Shown: positions 43,573-64,000 of the stretch, in pieces
How positions within the stretch are numbered: the first letter of the stretch is position 1
Layout of the letters: each line of letters begins with the position of its first letter
Origin: the human T2T-CHM13v2.0 reference genome, Homo sapiens
Direction: 5' to 3' (one strand)
DNA: 64,000 nt
Assembly: GCF_009914755.1 (NCBI RefSeq)
Contig: NC_060943.1
Notes under the pieces: generated by a model
Told to the model about the DNA's origin: nothing
What the model saw: only the letters and a program-made list of their open reading frames with translations
Database searches by the model: none
Translations under genes and position numbers: made by a program

Positions 43573-43685
43573 GGGAGATGATCAGACTCCTCATTGTTGA
43601 GGAATCCCTCTTTCTACCTGACCATGGGATTCCCAGAGCCTACTAACAGAATAATCCCTCCTCACCCCTTCCCCTACACTTGATC

Positions 43686-43691
43686 ATTAAA
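43686..43691 (+). terminator. Poly(A) signal ATTAAA of LGALS14
   Basis: About 113 nt after the stop; conserved in the paralogs. Confidence 0.75.
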
Positions 43692-46474
43692 ACAGCACCA
43701 AACCTCACATGATTGGTTCTTGCTTTAAGAGGGGAAAAGAGGAAGTGGTCATCCCCAAGAGGGTCCAGGACATTCTATGGGAGGCATCAGGAAATCAAAG
43801 GGGATAAACCTTCCTGTGACAAAGGGAGTGAGTGACAAAGTCCCTGGAATGTCTGAGAAGACATCAGAAACAACATTCTTCTATAGTAGGTAGTTGATGT
43901 CAGACAGTCTGAACCAAAATCCTTACCCAATGTCAGATGACTCACTGCACTGAAATGTTAGGTAGCTGTTTACAGCCACACAGGTATACCTAGTGGCTTT
44001 GGGCAGAACCTGTAACTTGAGGGAAATCATGTGGAATTCCTTAATTTTTTTCATTGTTCTCAGGATGCTTATTGTGTAGGCACATTGTGAAGTTTTCAAT
44101 CTAAGTAGTAGGGAAATATTGGAGCCCAGTGTTTTCCTTAAAGAATCTCAATTATTCTTATTTCCAAATATTCAAAGATTTTTCCATTTTATGTGTGCAG
44201 AATTAAGGGGTTTCTCTTTGGAAATAAGTGGTCATGGTTTTAGATCAGAGAACATGTAGATTATTATTGGAATAGACACAGTCCATGTACATGGACACAG
44301 TGAGCAGACGCTGCTTTGCTGCTGTTCCAGTGACAAATTGTAGCATAGCACACCTCCCAACACATATTGACTAAAAACAATCATTGATTTTGATCTCTGC
44401 CAGCTTTACAGGTTTATTCAACTCATGTGAGTGGTAGGTCATGTGATGAGAGTCATTTACAGAGAAATCTTTTAGGCTGTGATTTCAGAGGATGCTTCCC
44501 TCCTGTCCAACTCAACACTAGGGCTGGATGAACACCTAGAAACTGGTGGGTTATCTCTTTCACTACCACACCTTTCCATTCATTCCTTGAATATGTTCAA
44601 ATCAGGAGAGTCTCACGGTTCTCGGACTTAAGGAATGGTGATTGGCTTTCAGCAAAGAAAGCCTTCCAAAAGGCTCATGGAGACAGTGCATGGCATTATA
44701 GGACCTACCTTTGAATGGCAGACAGTGTCACTTCTATGACTTTACATTGAGCAAGTTGAGTCACACAGAGAGCCCTAATCAAAAGGAGAGGACTCCACAA
44801 GCTGTGATTATTGTGACTGTAGTCATGAGGAGCCATCTTTGGCAACCAGTTTCACTCAGTCGTAACTGGCTTATATACTTCCCACATACTAACAACACTA
44901 ACCCTGTAAGGAATCTCTGAAGACATTACTATAACAGGAACAGGCTCAGAGTTAAGTGCTGTATCTTATCTAATCAGGATGTGGTGTCTATAAGGTGACT
45001 ACAAATTATCACTTGCAATCTCTCTCAACATGTGCACAAAAGGGACACATTATCCGCTTTATACAAATCAAACAAAAAAGACAAAAAGAGATAGGAAAAA
45101 GGCAATGAACACACCTATTTTAGAGAGGCAAAATAAAATAGACAGCAGTCACTAATCCATATCACTGGTGAAACCAACCAGACATCTATTTTCATTTTCT
45201 CTGGGAATGTTTCTCTGTAGCACTTGTCCTCACCCTCCATTCTCAGCTTCTTGGATTTCTTACCAAAATGGCAGAATGGCAGCCCTTTTCCCACTGTAAG
45301 AGCTGTGATTATCTGCTTCATAGCATGTATGGAGAACCACTTAGGAGAAGAGAAACAAAATATTATCTAAAAATCAATGAAGGCAGGATGAAGAGAGTCC
45401 CACCAAATAGCCTCTTTGTTTGCAAGGACCATCTTAGGTGTCATTTTAATCATTCTCATTTTCTCTCTCCATGTTCACTGCAACAGTTTCTGCAACTCCA
45501 ACCTCACTCATGGGTATGCCTCTCTGCTTACCCCTCCTTTAACCTAACATCCAGATACCTTGAGGTGCCAACGCACAGTGAATGGCACTCTTCATGCCTC
45601 TCTTCCTTGTTTCTTTTCAGTATGGAATGAAATTCCCTCCCCTCTCACTGGAAACTCTTGTGTTCTGATTAGATACACTGTCCTCCTTACACCTTCCCTG
45701 TCACAGTCTTGATCACTTCTTTATTTTGATAATGAATTATAGGCCCTATCACCAGCATGGAATTCATTTTTGGGGGGAATTGTGTAATTTGTGCTCTGAG
45801 TGGATGCAAACTATCCTGAAACCACTGGCTTCATGAGCAGAAAACGACTTGGATTTCACATCAACTTGCCGCTTGCCTGGCAGTCATTTTATTTGAATAA
45901 CTGACATAATTTTACATGCCGGCCCTGTTAGGCAAACACACAGTGATTGTCCTTTCTTGAATGATATTCACCACCTCAGTGCACTTCCTAAAGGTCATTC
46001 GTTACATTCATCTTTATTCAGCTGCTACTCTGTGCTCATAGTGGTCAGGAATTACATCTTAGATACAAAGAGATTACATAGAGTCCAGGGTGAATGCTCA
46101 ACTAATAATTTTTGAATTGCCTCTGAAAATCTACTCAACATTTTTCCTCCTCCTGCTCAATCAAAATTCATTGTCTTCTCCCAGCAAAAAGGGGATTGGT
46201 CAAAAAGCAGAAACTCTTTAATGAACTCTAAAGCCTCCTCATCTCAAAGGTCTTTTGGTCTTTCCAGTTATAACAGAAGCCCCCAAAGAATAAATATACT
46301 CTGTGATAATAATGTCCTTGATGCCTAACTCTCTCAGTGTTGCGATTCCTCTGGGATGCCATCTGTGATGCTACTAAACATTGGTGTATGTGGGCCTCTA
46401 TTTGCAAGTGATGGACCAAGAAGATAGAATAAAAAAGAAATTTAAAAAATTTCCCCATTTTATTTATTTTTACC

Positions 46475-48180
46475 ATTCTTTAACTTTTCTTTTAAGTTCA
46501 AGTGTGCATGTGCAGGTTTGTTATATAGGTAAACCCCTTGTCACAGGTGTTTGTTGTATAGATTATTTCACCACCCAGGTACTGAGCAAAGTACCAATAG
46601 TTATTTTTTGTGCTCTTCTCCCTCTTCTCACCCTCTGCTCTCAAATAGGCCCCAGTGTTTGTCATTTACTTCTTTGTGGTTATGAGTTCTCATCGTTTAG
46701 CTTCCACTTATAAGTGAGAACACGAAGTATTTTTCTTCTGGTCCTGCATTAATTTGCTAAGGTTAATGGCCTCTAGCTCCATCTATGTTCCCTCAAAAGA
46801 CATGACCTTGTTCTTTTTTATGGCTGCATAATATTCCATGATGTATATGTAACATATTTTCTGTATTCAATCTGTAATTGATGGACATTTATGTTGATTC
46901 CATGTGTTTGGTATTATGGTTTTAGTTTGCATTTCCCTGATGATTAGTAATGTTGAACATTTTTTTCATATATTTATTGGCAGTTTTTACATATTTTTTG
47001 TCTTTGTACTGAAATTTTATTTTATTTTTATTTTTTTAACTCATTAATTTAGTTTATTTTTTCCCATAAGTTATTGTGATACAGGTTGTATTTGGTTACA
47101 TGAGTAAGTTCTTTATTTGTGATTTGTGAGATTTTGGTGCACCCATTACCCAAACTGTGTCATATTTGTAGTCTTTTATCCCTCATCCCCCTCCACTCTT
47201 CCCCCCCAAGTCCCCAAAGCCCATCATATTATTTTTATGCCTTTGTGTCCTCATAGGTTAGCTCCCACATATCATTGAGAACATATGTTTGTTTTCCATT
47301 CCTGAGTTACTTCACTTAAAATAATAGTCTCCAATCTCATTCAGGTTACTGCAAATGCTGATAATTCATTTCTTTTTGTGGTTGCATAGTATTCCATTGT
47401 GTGTGTGTATATATATATACCTACACACACAATGGATATATATGTACCTTTTTTTAATCCATTTGTTGATTGATGGACATTTGTGTTGGCTCCACAATTT
47501 TGCTATTGTGAATTGTGTCACTAGAAACATGCATGTACAAGTATTCTTTTCAAATATTAACTTCTTGTCCTCTGGGTAGATACCCAGTAGTGGGATTGCT
47601 GAATCAAATTGTAGTTTTATTTTTAGTTCTTTTAAAAATCTCCACACTGTTTTCCATAGCAGCCATACTAGTTTACATTCCCAACAGCAGTATAGAAGTG
47701 TTTCCTGATCACCTCATCCATGCCAAAATCCTTTTTTATTTATTATTTTTTATTATGGCCATTCTTGCAGGAATGAGGTGGTACTGCATTATTGTTTTGA
47801 TTTGCATTTCCCTAATAATTAGTGATGCTGAGCATTTTTTCATGTGCTTGTTGGCCATTTGTATGTCTTCTTTTGAGAATTGTCTATTCATGTCCCTAGC
47901 CCGCTTTTTGATGTGGTTGCTTTTTTCTTGCTGATTTGTTTGAGTTCCTTGTAGATTCTGAATCTTAGTCTTCTGTCAGATGCATAGTTTGTGAATATTT
48001 TTTCCCACTCTGTGAGTGGTCTGTTTACTCTGCTGATTATTTCTTTTACTGCACAGAAGATGTTTAGTTTAGATAGATCTCATTTATTTATTTTCGTTGC
48101 ATTTGCTTTTGGGTTCGTAGTCATGAATTCTTTACCTAAGCCAATGTCTAGAAGAGTTTTTCAATGTTATCTTCTTGAAT
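46475..48180 (-). mobile_element. Two old antisense L1 3' fragments (about 46475-46990 L1PA13-16-like; about 47040-48180 L1PB/MA-like)
   Basis: Two separate antisense L1 3'UTRs with T-tails. ORF 47366-47647 resembles the ORF2p C-terminus. Confidence 0.8.
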
Positions 48181-54349
<6,169 letters not shown>

Positions 54350-54392
54350 TATTATGCCAATTTTATAGCAAAGCAAACTAAGTCACCAAACT

Positions 54393-54908
54393 GTAATCCC
54401 ATTACTGGGTATATACCCAAAGGATTATAAATCATTCTTCTATAAAGACTCATACACACATATATTTGTTGCAGCACTGTTCACAATAACAAAGACTTGG
54501 AAACAAGCCAAATGCCCATCAATGATAGACTGGATAAAGAATATGTGGTACATATACACCAAGGAATACTATGCAGCCATAAAAAAGGATGAGTTCATGT
54601 CGTTTGCAGGGACATGGATGAAGCTGGAAACCATCATTCTCAGAAAAGTAACACAGGAAGAGAAAACCAAACACCACATGTTCTCATAGGTAGGAGCTGA
54701 ACAATGAGCACACATGGACACAGAGGGGAACGTCACCCACTGGGGCCTGTAGAGGGGTGGGGGGCTAGGGGAAGAATAGCATTAGGAGAAATATGTAATG
54801 TAGGTGACGGGTTGATGGGTGCACCAAACCACCATGGCACGTGCATACCTATGTAACAAACCTGCAGGTTCTGCACATGTATCCCAGAACTTAAAGTATA
54901 TTAATAAA

Positions 54909-54912
<4 letters not shown>
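54393..54912 (+). mobile_element. L1PA7/8-like 3' end fragment
   Basis: ORF2 C-terminus and 3'UTR (tgtaggtgacgggttgatgggtgc...ccagaacttaaagtata). Confidence 0.85.

Positions 54913-54913
<1 letters not shown>

Positions 54914-54956
<43 letters not shown>
54914..54956. repeat. (TA)n microsatellite derived from the L1 tail
   Basis: About 21 uninterrupted TA units. Confidence 0.95.
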
Positions 54957-54958
<2 letters not shown>

Positions 54959-55253
54959 AGCAGGCAGTTAATTTTTTCCTTAAGCAAGTAATTGTCAGAA
55001 AGCTGCTATTTGGGGAAATGCTAAAATAGAGGATGCTCAGCATAAAGGCTAAGTAAAAGAAAAACATAAGAAATAAAACACAATGAACAGCTATATACAT
55101 GCTGAAATTTTAAGATCTGAGCTTCATATTTAATTCAATTTGTCACTCTGAAGTTAAGTCAAAACTGACTTTTCAAGCAAGCTTTTTCTTCTGCCAATCT
55201 GTCAAACCACATGAAAATATAGATGATGAGTAAAAGCAAAGAAATAAAATCTG

Positions 55254-55531
55254 GGCTGGGTGTGGTGGCTGACACCTGTAATCCTAGCATTTTGGGAGGC
55301 TGAGGTGGGAGGACTGCTTAAGCTCAGGAGTTGGGAGACCAGCCGACGAGATCTCGTCTCTATTCAAATTTTTTTTAAAAATTTGGCATGGTGGCAGGCC
55401 TGTAGTCCCACCTACTCATGAGGCTGAGGTGGGAGGATCACTTGAGCCCAGGAGATTGAGGCTGCAGCTAGCTACAGTTCTGCCATTGCATTCCAGCTTG
55501 GGTGACAGAGTGAGGCCCTGTCTCAAAAATA
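55254..55531 (+). mobile_element. AluJ
   Basis: GGCTGGGTGTGGTGGCTGACACC...GAGGATCACTTGAGCCCAGG. Confidence 0.85.
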
Positions 55532-56049
55532 AATCTGTATTCTGATTGTAAAGGTAACATATACAAAAAAAAAAAAAAAAAAAACCCAAGGGTAGAAAAT
55601 GTGGACTATCAAAAAACAAATATTCTATTATAAACTATACCAGCCAGAGAACCCTATTGTTACAAATTTTGTTTGCAAAACTGATACCAATTCTGGGGAG
55701 TCTAGGAAGAGAAAACAGAAATTGCAAAGGTGCAGAGGCAGGAAATCATATAAGACTTTCAAGAATCTGAAAATAGAAACTTGGAATAAAAACCTGAGGA
55801 GGACAGGGAAATAGTAGAAGATGAGGCTTCAGTTGATCAAAAACCACCTCTTCCAGTTGCAGATCCATAAAATGTGGTTACCATAGGTAGGTTAATTTTA
55901 TCCATGCTTTACTATCTGCTTCCTTTATCAGCAAACCGTCATTGGTTCATGAAGACTGCTCCTCTGCAGATCTAGCCTTATGATGGCTTTCTATCCTCTT
56001 GGCAGGAAAGGAAAAGTGACGTGTGTGTTTGTGTGTGTGTATGTGTGTG

Positions 56050-56755
56050 TATTTAGTATAGTACATTTTTAGAAATAACTTCCTATTTTCTCTAAATAGA
56101 AATGACTGAAAATAAAATATTGTTTAATAATATTTGTAAGTGGATTATTAGTTTTTATAAATTTTTGTATGTTTTTACTAATTATAAAATAACTTTCTCA
56201 TTTAAATTAAAACATTTTAGGAAAAACCAGTCTTAAATATTATTGGTAAAATACAAATATCTTCAAGATGTAAAAATATGGTCTAAATTACACAGGTCAT
56301 GTACTACATTTACTAAATGTTTTAAGGTTGTAAACTACTTTTTTTGGCCTTTTAAAAACTGTCAACTTGCCTACTTCACAAATGATAAGGTCTAGGAACA
56401 TATGGAAGTAACCATGCCCCTAACTATACTGGAAGGAGTCAAACTCTACCTACGCCTAGCACATAATTTAAAAAACTTACTAGGTTTTACATTCAGGTTA
56501 AAAATTGCTAAGAATTGCCTTTATGACACACAATTGAGACTACTGAAAATATATTTATATACAAGGTATATAAAAACAGTAAAACGTGTTTAGTAAAAGA
56601 TAATAAGAAGACATGAAAACATACATTTTTTCTAAGAATAAAAAATTGCCTTGCATAAGAGAAAACTGAAGATTTAAACAAATTGGAGAAAAATTGTAAA
56701 AATATTACAAAGGAAACTGTATGAACATATTGACTAAATTCAAAAAGATATTATA
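56050..56755 (+). mobile_element. AT-rich ERV1 (MER4-group-like) internal fragment
   Basis: Motif gataaggtctaggaacatatggaagtaaccatgcccctaactatactggaaggagtca resembles MER4-group internal sequences, from memory only. Confidence 0.4.
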
Positions 56756-56756
56756 T

Positions 56757-60107
<3,351 letters not shown>

Positions 60108-60136
<29 letters not shown>
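60108..60136. repeat. (TG)n microsatellite in place of the L1 A-tail
   Basis: About 14 TG units directly after ...AACATAAAGTA. Confidence 0.9.
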
Positions 60137-60138
<2 letters not shown>

Positions 60139-60304
60139 AAAAACCAGAGAAAGAGCCTACACTAAAGTTTAACATAGGCTAGGTCTCATTCATTATGATT
60201 TGAGATTTAGGCTTCCAGCTTTAAAGAATGTTGCTTTAACCTTCTCTTCTCCCTTTACTTTGGACTGTTCATTCTGTAAGTTTAAGTACACTATCATTAA
60301 GAAA

Positions 60305-62957
60305 AAATGCACAAGTCAAATGGTTTGTTATCTGCAAAGGGCTCATTGTGGCATCTCACCTCACATTTCCAAGCCCCACACACATGGCTGTTCATGACCA
60401 CATAATGACCAAAGTGCACTCAGAAACAGAAGGCAATGTCTGACTTCTCATTGGTTCCAGTATGGGAATCATCCACCTGCAGCTGTGGGTCCTTGCTGAG
60501 CTCAAAGCACACAGCAGGTTGGGCACACACTCCACACACACCAACCCTTTTCCACCTTTTCCCAGGCCAAACAGGAGCCTTCCTGATGACACTGCAGGCT
60601 TTATCCCTGGGGGGCTGCTTCAGCTCCTTGTACCCTTCAAGAGTGAGATGCTCTGCCCCTCATCCCTAGATAAAAACTGAGACACAATGACAGACTTTGT
60701 CCTATGAGTTGTCCATTTACTGAAAACTTAATGCCACTTGGTAAAGAGCCACAGCCCCAATCCTCTGAGTATCCTCCTCCCCTAGGCCCCATGACTGGCC
60801 CACAGTGCAACTAATGCAGGTTTCGTGCCTGGTGCAGGAGGGTCTTTAGGACCTGCACTTGGATGATGCCTCCATCCTCCAACTAGACATTTGCGCACCA
60901 CTCACACATGAGGTGAGCATTTAGCAAATATTCTCCTTTCTCTTCCATCATCCTGCCATGGACCATGGGGTACTCACAAGAAAGTAAAAACACTGTCCTT
61001 CTGAATGTCACAGAACCAATAGTCAAGGACACAGGTCGTGTGTGTGACACCTCCTATGGAGATTGAGAGTGGGTGAGAAGGGAAGGACCAAGTGTGGACT
61101 CCCCTCCTATAACAGATTCCCATAGTGCAAGAGTTTCGAGATCGAAGGGCAAATTCTGAGGACTGCTCCCCCTACACTACCACAGTCAAGGTTTCATATT
61201 TTTGAAGAAATTGGGGGCCTATAGGTAAGAGCAAGGGTTCTGGAGCCAAGCTGCCTGGATTCCAGTTCTGATTCTGCCTCTTACTTGCAGTGCAATCTCA
61301 GATCCATAACTTGAAGTCTCCCCACCCACGTTTCTCCAGAACAAGGAGGAGTATAAGGAGTTCCTACTTTGTAGGGTTTTCCCAGTAACAGAGGAGTTAA
61401 TATGTGTGAAACCTTTGCCCTAATCCCCGGTATGTACAGGGCCAGTTAGGGGTTGCACCACAGAATGGGGACCGTCCTTATGGGACACTAACCTGCATTC
61501 ATTTTCAACTCTGAAGTGCTGAAAACAAGACCTGAGGATGTGAAAACAGAGAAATTCACCCAGTGAGAACGGTTTTATAAAAATAGGGAAATAACAAAAG
61601 AACAGAGAACCCTTGTGTGTGGAATGAATATGCAAATTACAATTTTTTTTATGTTGTTGTCTGGTTTGCTTTTCTTTTTTTCTTTCTTTTTGTGGATACA
61701 GGGCCTTACTCTGTCACCCAGGCTGGAGTGCAGTGGCATGATCAGAGCTCACTGCAGCCTCAAACTCCTGGACTCAAGTGATCTTCTTACCTCAGTCTCC
61801 CGAGTAGCTACAAATAAAAATGCGCACAAACAGGCTTGGCTAGTTTTGAATTTTTTTGGTACATACAAGGTCTCACTACTTTACGCAGGCTGGTCTGGAA
61901 CTCCTGTCCCCATGCGATCCTCCCAACTCGGCCTCCCAAAGTGCTCGGATTACAGCCATGAGCCACAGCCTCTGGCAAGTTGTTGAATAGCATCCACTGT
62001 AAGCTCTTCCTGAACTAAAGCTAAACTGGTTATTTCTCTGTTTTGGATGATTCTGTCTCTAAAACCATGTCCCCCAATGTCATTCCCTAGTAAGCCAGAA
62101 TCTGCTCACCCTCTTCTCCCAGAACGGGATAGACAGCTTGGGCTGGGAGACAGAGAGAGACCTGAGGCTGGAGGCAGAAGTTGGTGGTCCCTCTGTGCAG
62201 ATCCCACCTGAAGAAACAGCCCCAATAGACTGTGTTCTTCTTTTCCACTCTGCTTGGAAAGAGTCACCTGAGGATTTATGCATTCAGCTCTCATGAATGC
62301 TCAGAGACGAGTCCCCGGTAACTCATGATCCCCAAGATCTCCACTAGTTCTGCCACCCGGGATCCACATTGACATATGTGGGAAGATGCACAGCTGCTTC
62401 ATCAGAGGCGCTACTGTGTGAGGAGGAACCTTCCCATGCACAGAAGGCCACATGCATGTTCACAGCTCAACACCCAGTCACATCGCAGCACACACACCCA
62501 CAGTCACACAGAGCCACGCCAATCACTGAGTCACACAGGCCTGCTCACTGTGCATATAAAGATGCTCATGCACTGGTACGGCTGTGTTCACACTCACACA
62601 TCACAGTCATGAAGACAAAGCACAATCACCCCCTTACATTCACTCACACACTCCCCCATCCTGGTGGGCTAATCATGTCCCACCTAAAGTCACATCGTCT
62701 CAGCAGAGTTTCCTCTCCTCAGACATCATCACATGCCCACAGAGGGTTACACTGATCCAGCGTTCACACACCACACCCCACAAGCATCTCAGATACCATT
62801 ACCCCAGTGTCTCTCTTCCACACCCCTACCATTCTCAGTAAATCATTCACAATGGAAATGTTCATATTTTCATCTCATAAAATCTCTCTTTCCTTTTTTA
62901 GGGTGACCTGAGATTATTGAAGGCTGTGCCTTTTCAACTCATGGGTAACAGTGATAT
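60305..62957 (-). pseudogene. Inverted unprocessed galectin pseudogene, truncated in exon 3, no exon 4
   Basis: Exon 1 at 62957-62943 reads ATA TCA CTG TTA CCC|ATGAGT (start codon and GT donor both lost). Exon 2 at 61050-60978 is 73 nt (frameshift). Exon 3 from 60495 reads [62 protein letters not shown] with TGA at 60422-60420; similarity stops at about 60305. Confidence 0.92.
61660..61977 (-). mobile_element. AluJ (shared intron-1 copy in the inverted unit)
   Basis: Same orientation and position relative to the gene as in the other units. Confidence 0.8.
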
Positions 62958-63900
62958 TGTTGTCTCCCTCTGGGTGACTCTTCTGAATTGTGTCCAGTAT
63001 TCTGTGTGAATCTCTTGGAGTTGAAGCATTTAAATGATCCCTGTCAGCCCTGCCCTTTGGCTTCATTCCTGATTCCAGCCACCCTCCAGCAAGATTCCCC
63101 TGCAGAGTGAGAAGGGATGGAGTGTCAGAAACAGACTCAGTCACAACCACACCTGTTTGCAACCCTATGTCTGTGATGCAGCAGAAATGACAGTGAGGGG
63201 GGTACCAGGGGAAGGAAGGGGTCACCAGGGTAATGTGCAGATCCGGATGATGGAGTTAGGGTGAGGGGTTGTGAAGTCCAGCCTCCATGCTTCTCATGAA
63301 GCCTTTCCTCCACTGTGCAGAATTCACCTGGAATGAGTGAATTTTTCTCACTTGTGCGATATTTTAAAAATGGGAATTCTTAAGGCAAAACAGCCAGCCC
63401 TGGAAAAAAAATTCTCTCATTCTCTTCCAGAGGTTCTGGGAGACCATAGACCTTGATCCTCAACAGGACCTGGGGAGAGAGGTAGAGAGAGTCTCTGTGT
63501 CATCCTGACTCCATCCAGGCCCGTTGCCTTTGCCAGGTGAGGGCCATTCATACTCCATCTCTCACACACCTGGGCTCCATCCACACTCTCTCATTTTTCT
63601 CTGGGTGTCCATGTGCAATAAAATCTCAGAGACTCAGATTCTGGGAGAAAGGTGAGATTCCTAAGTCTAGCGCTTGATTTGTGTGCTACTTAGCTCAAAA
63701 CCTGCATGAAGACAGGGACAGGTGCAGGTGATCAGACTTCAGCTACAACGCAGTCTTCACTTGGGGTGGAGGACTCAGGACCCCTCCTCAAGTTCTCTTT
63801 TTGTTATAACAGAAAACATCCTTAAAATCTGTATAGGAATTTAAAGAAGAAATGAATTCAAATCCCTCTCCCTCCCTCCTTTCTTTTTATTTTACTCTTC
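62958..63900 (-). promoter_or_regulatory. Paralogous galectin 5'UTR, promoter and upstream region of the inverted pseudogene
   Basis: Reverse complement aligns with 38060-38787 (LGALS14) and 25430-26235 (plus-strand pseudogene); CATTTAAA at about 63029-63036. Confidence 0.75.
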
Positions 63901-64000
63901 AGTTTTATTGACTGTGAATTTAAACTATTTTTGAAAACTTCATCCAAGTTAACAAAAAATGTATATTATGATAAATTCATGATTAAACTAGCACTCATTT

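Noticed and set aside
60305-62957. Calling the minus-strand unit CLC (galectin-10)
   Set aside because: The sequence does not match recalled CLC and is multiply disabled; CLC should lie just beyond the window end.

Overview
Human (primate) genomic DNA from the chr19q13.2 placental galectin cluster, recognised from the LGALS14 protein sequence. The window holds a tandem array of four-exon prototype-galectin units. (1) LGALS17A (+, 13654-18382): I recall it as a transcribed pseudogene, but its four canonical exons splice to an intact 139-aa galectin; it has also gained private cryptic splice sites. (2) An unprocessed + strand pseudogene (about 26.0-30.6 kb): exon 1 deleted, R55X. (3) A collapsed 'ghost' unit at about 34.2-36.85 kb with only upstream sequence and about 100 bp of intron 1 left. 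(4) LGALS14 (+, 38788-43572): R67/L127 allele, with a candidate alternative first coding exon. (5) An inverted pseudogene (-, about 60.3-63.0 kb): start codon and donor lost, R55X, truncated in exon 3. Between them lie a THE1 element, an ERV1 provirus remnant with a tRNA-Gly primer site, an HML-2 solo LTR, several L1s (one full-length), many Alus and an RPS29 processed pseudogene. Two inverted L1 copies share a patch of private substitutions suggesting gene conversion. Gene names, annotation status and repeat subfamilies come from memory; no database search was run.
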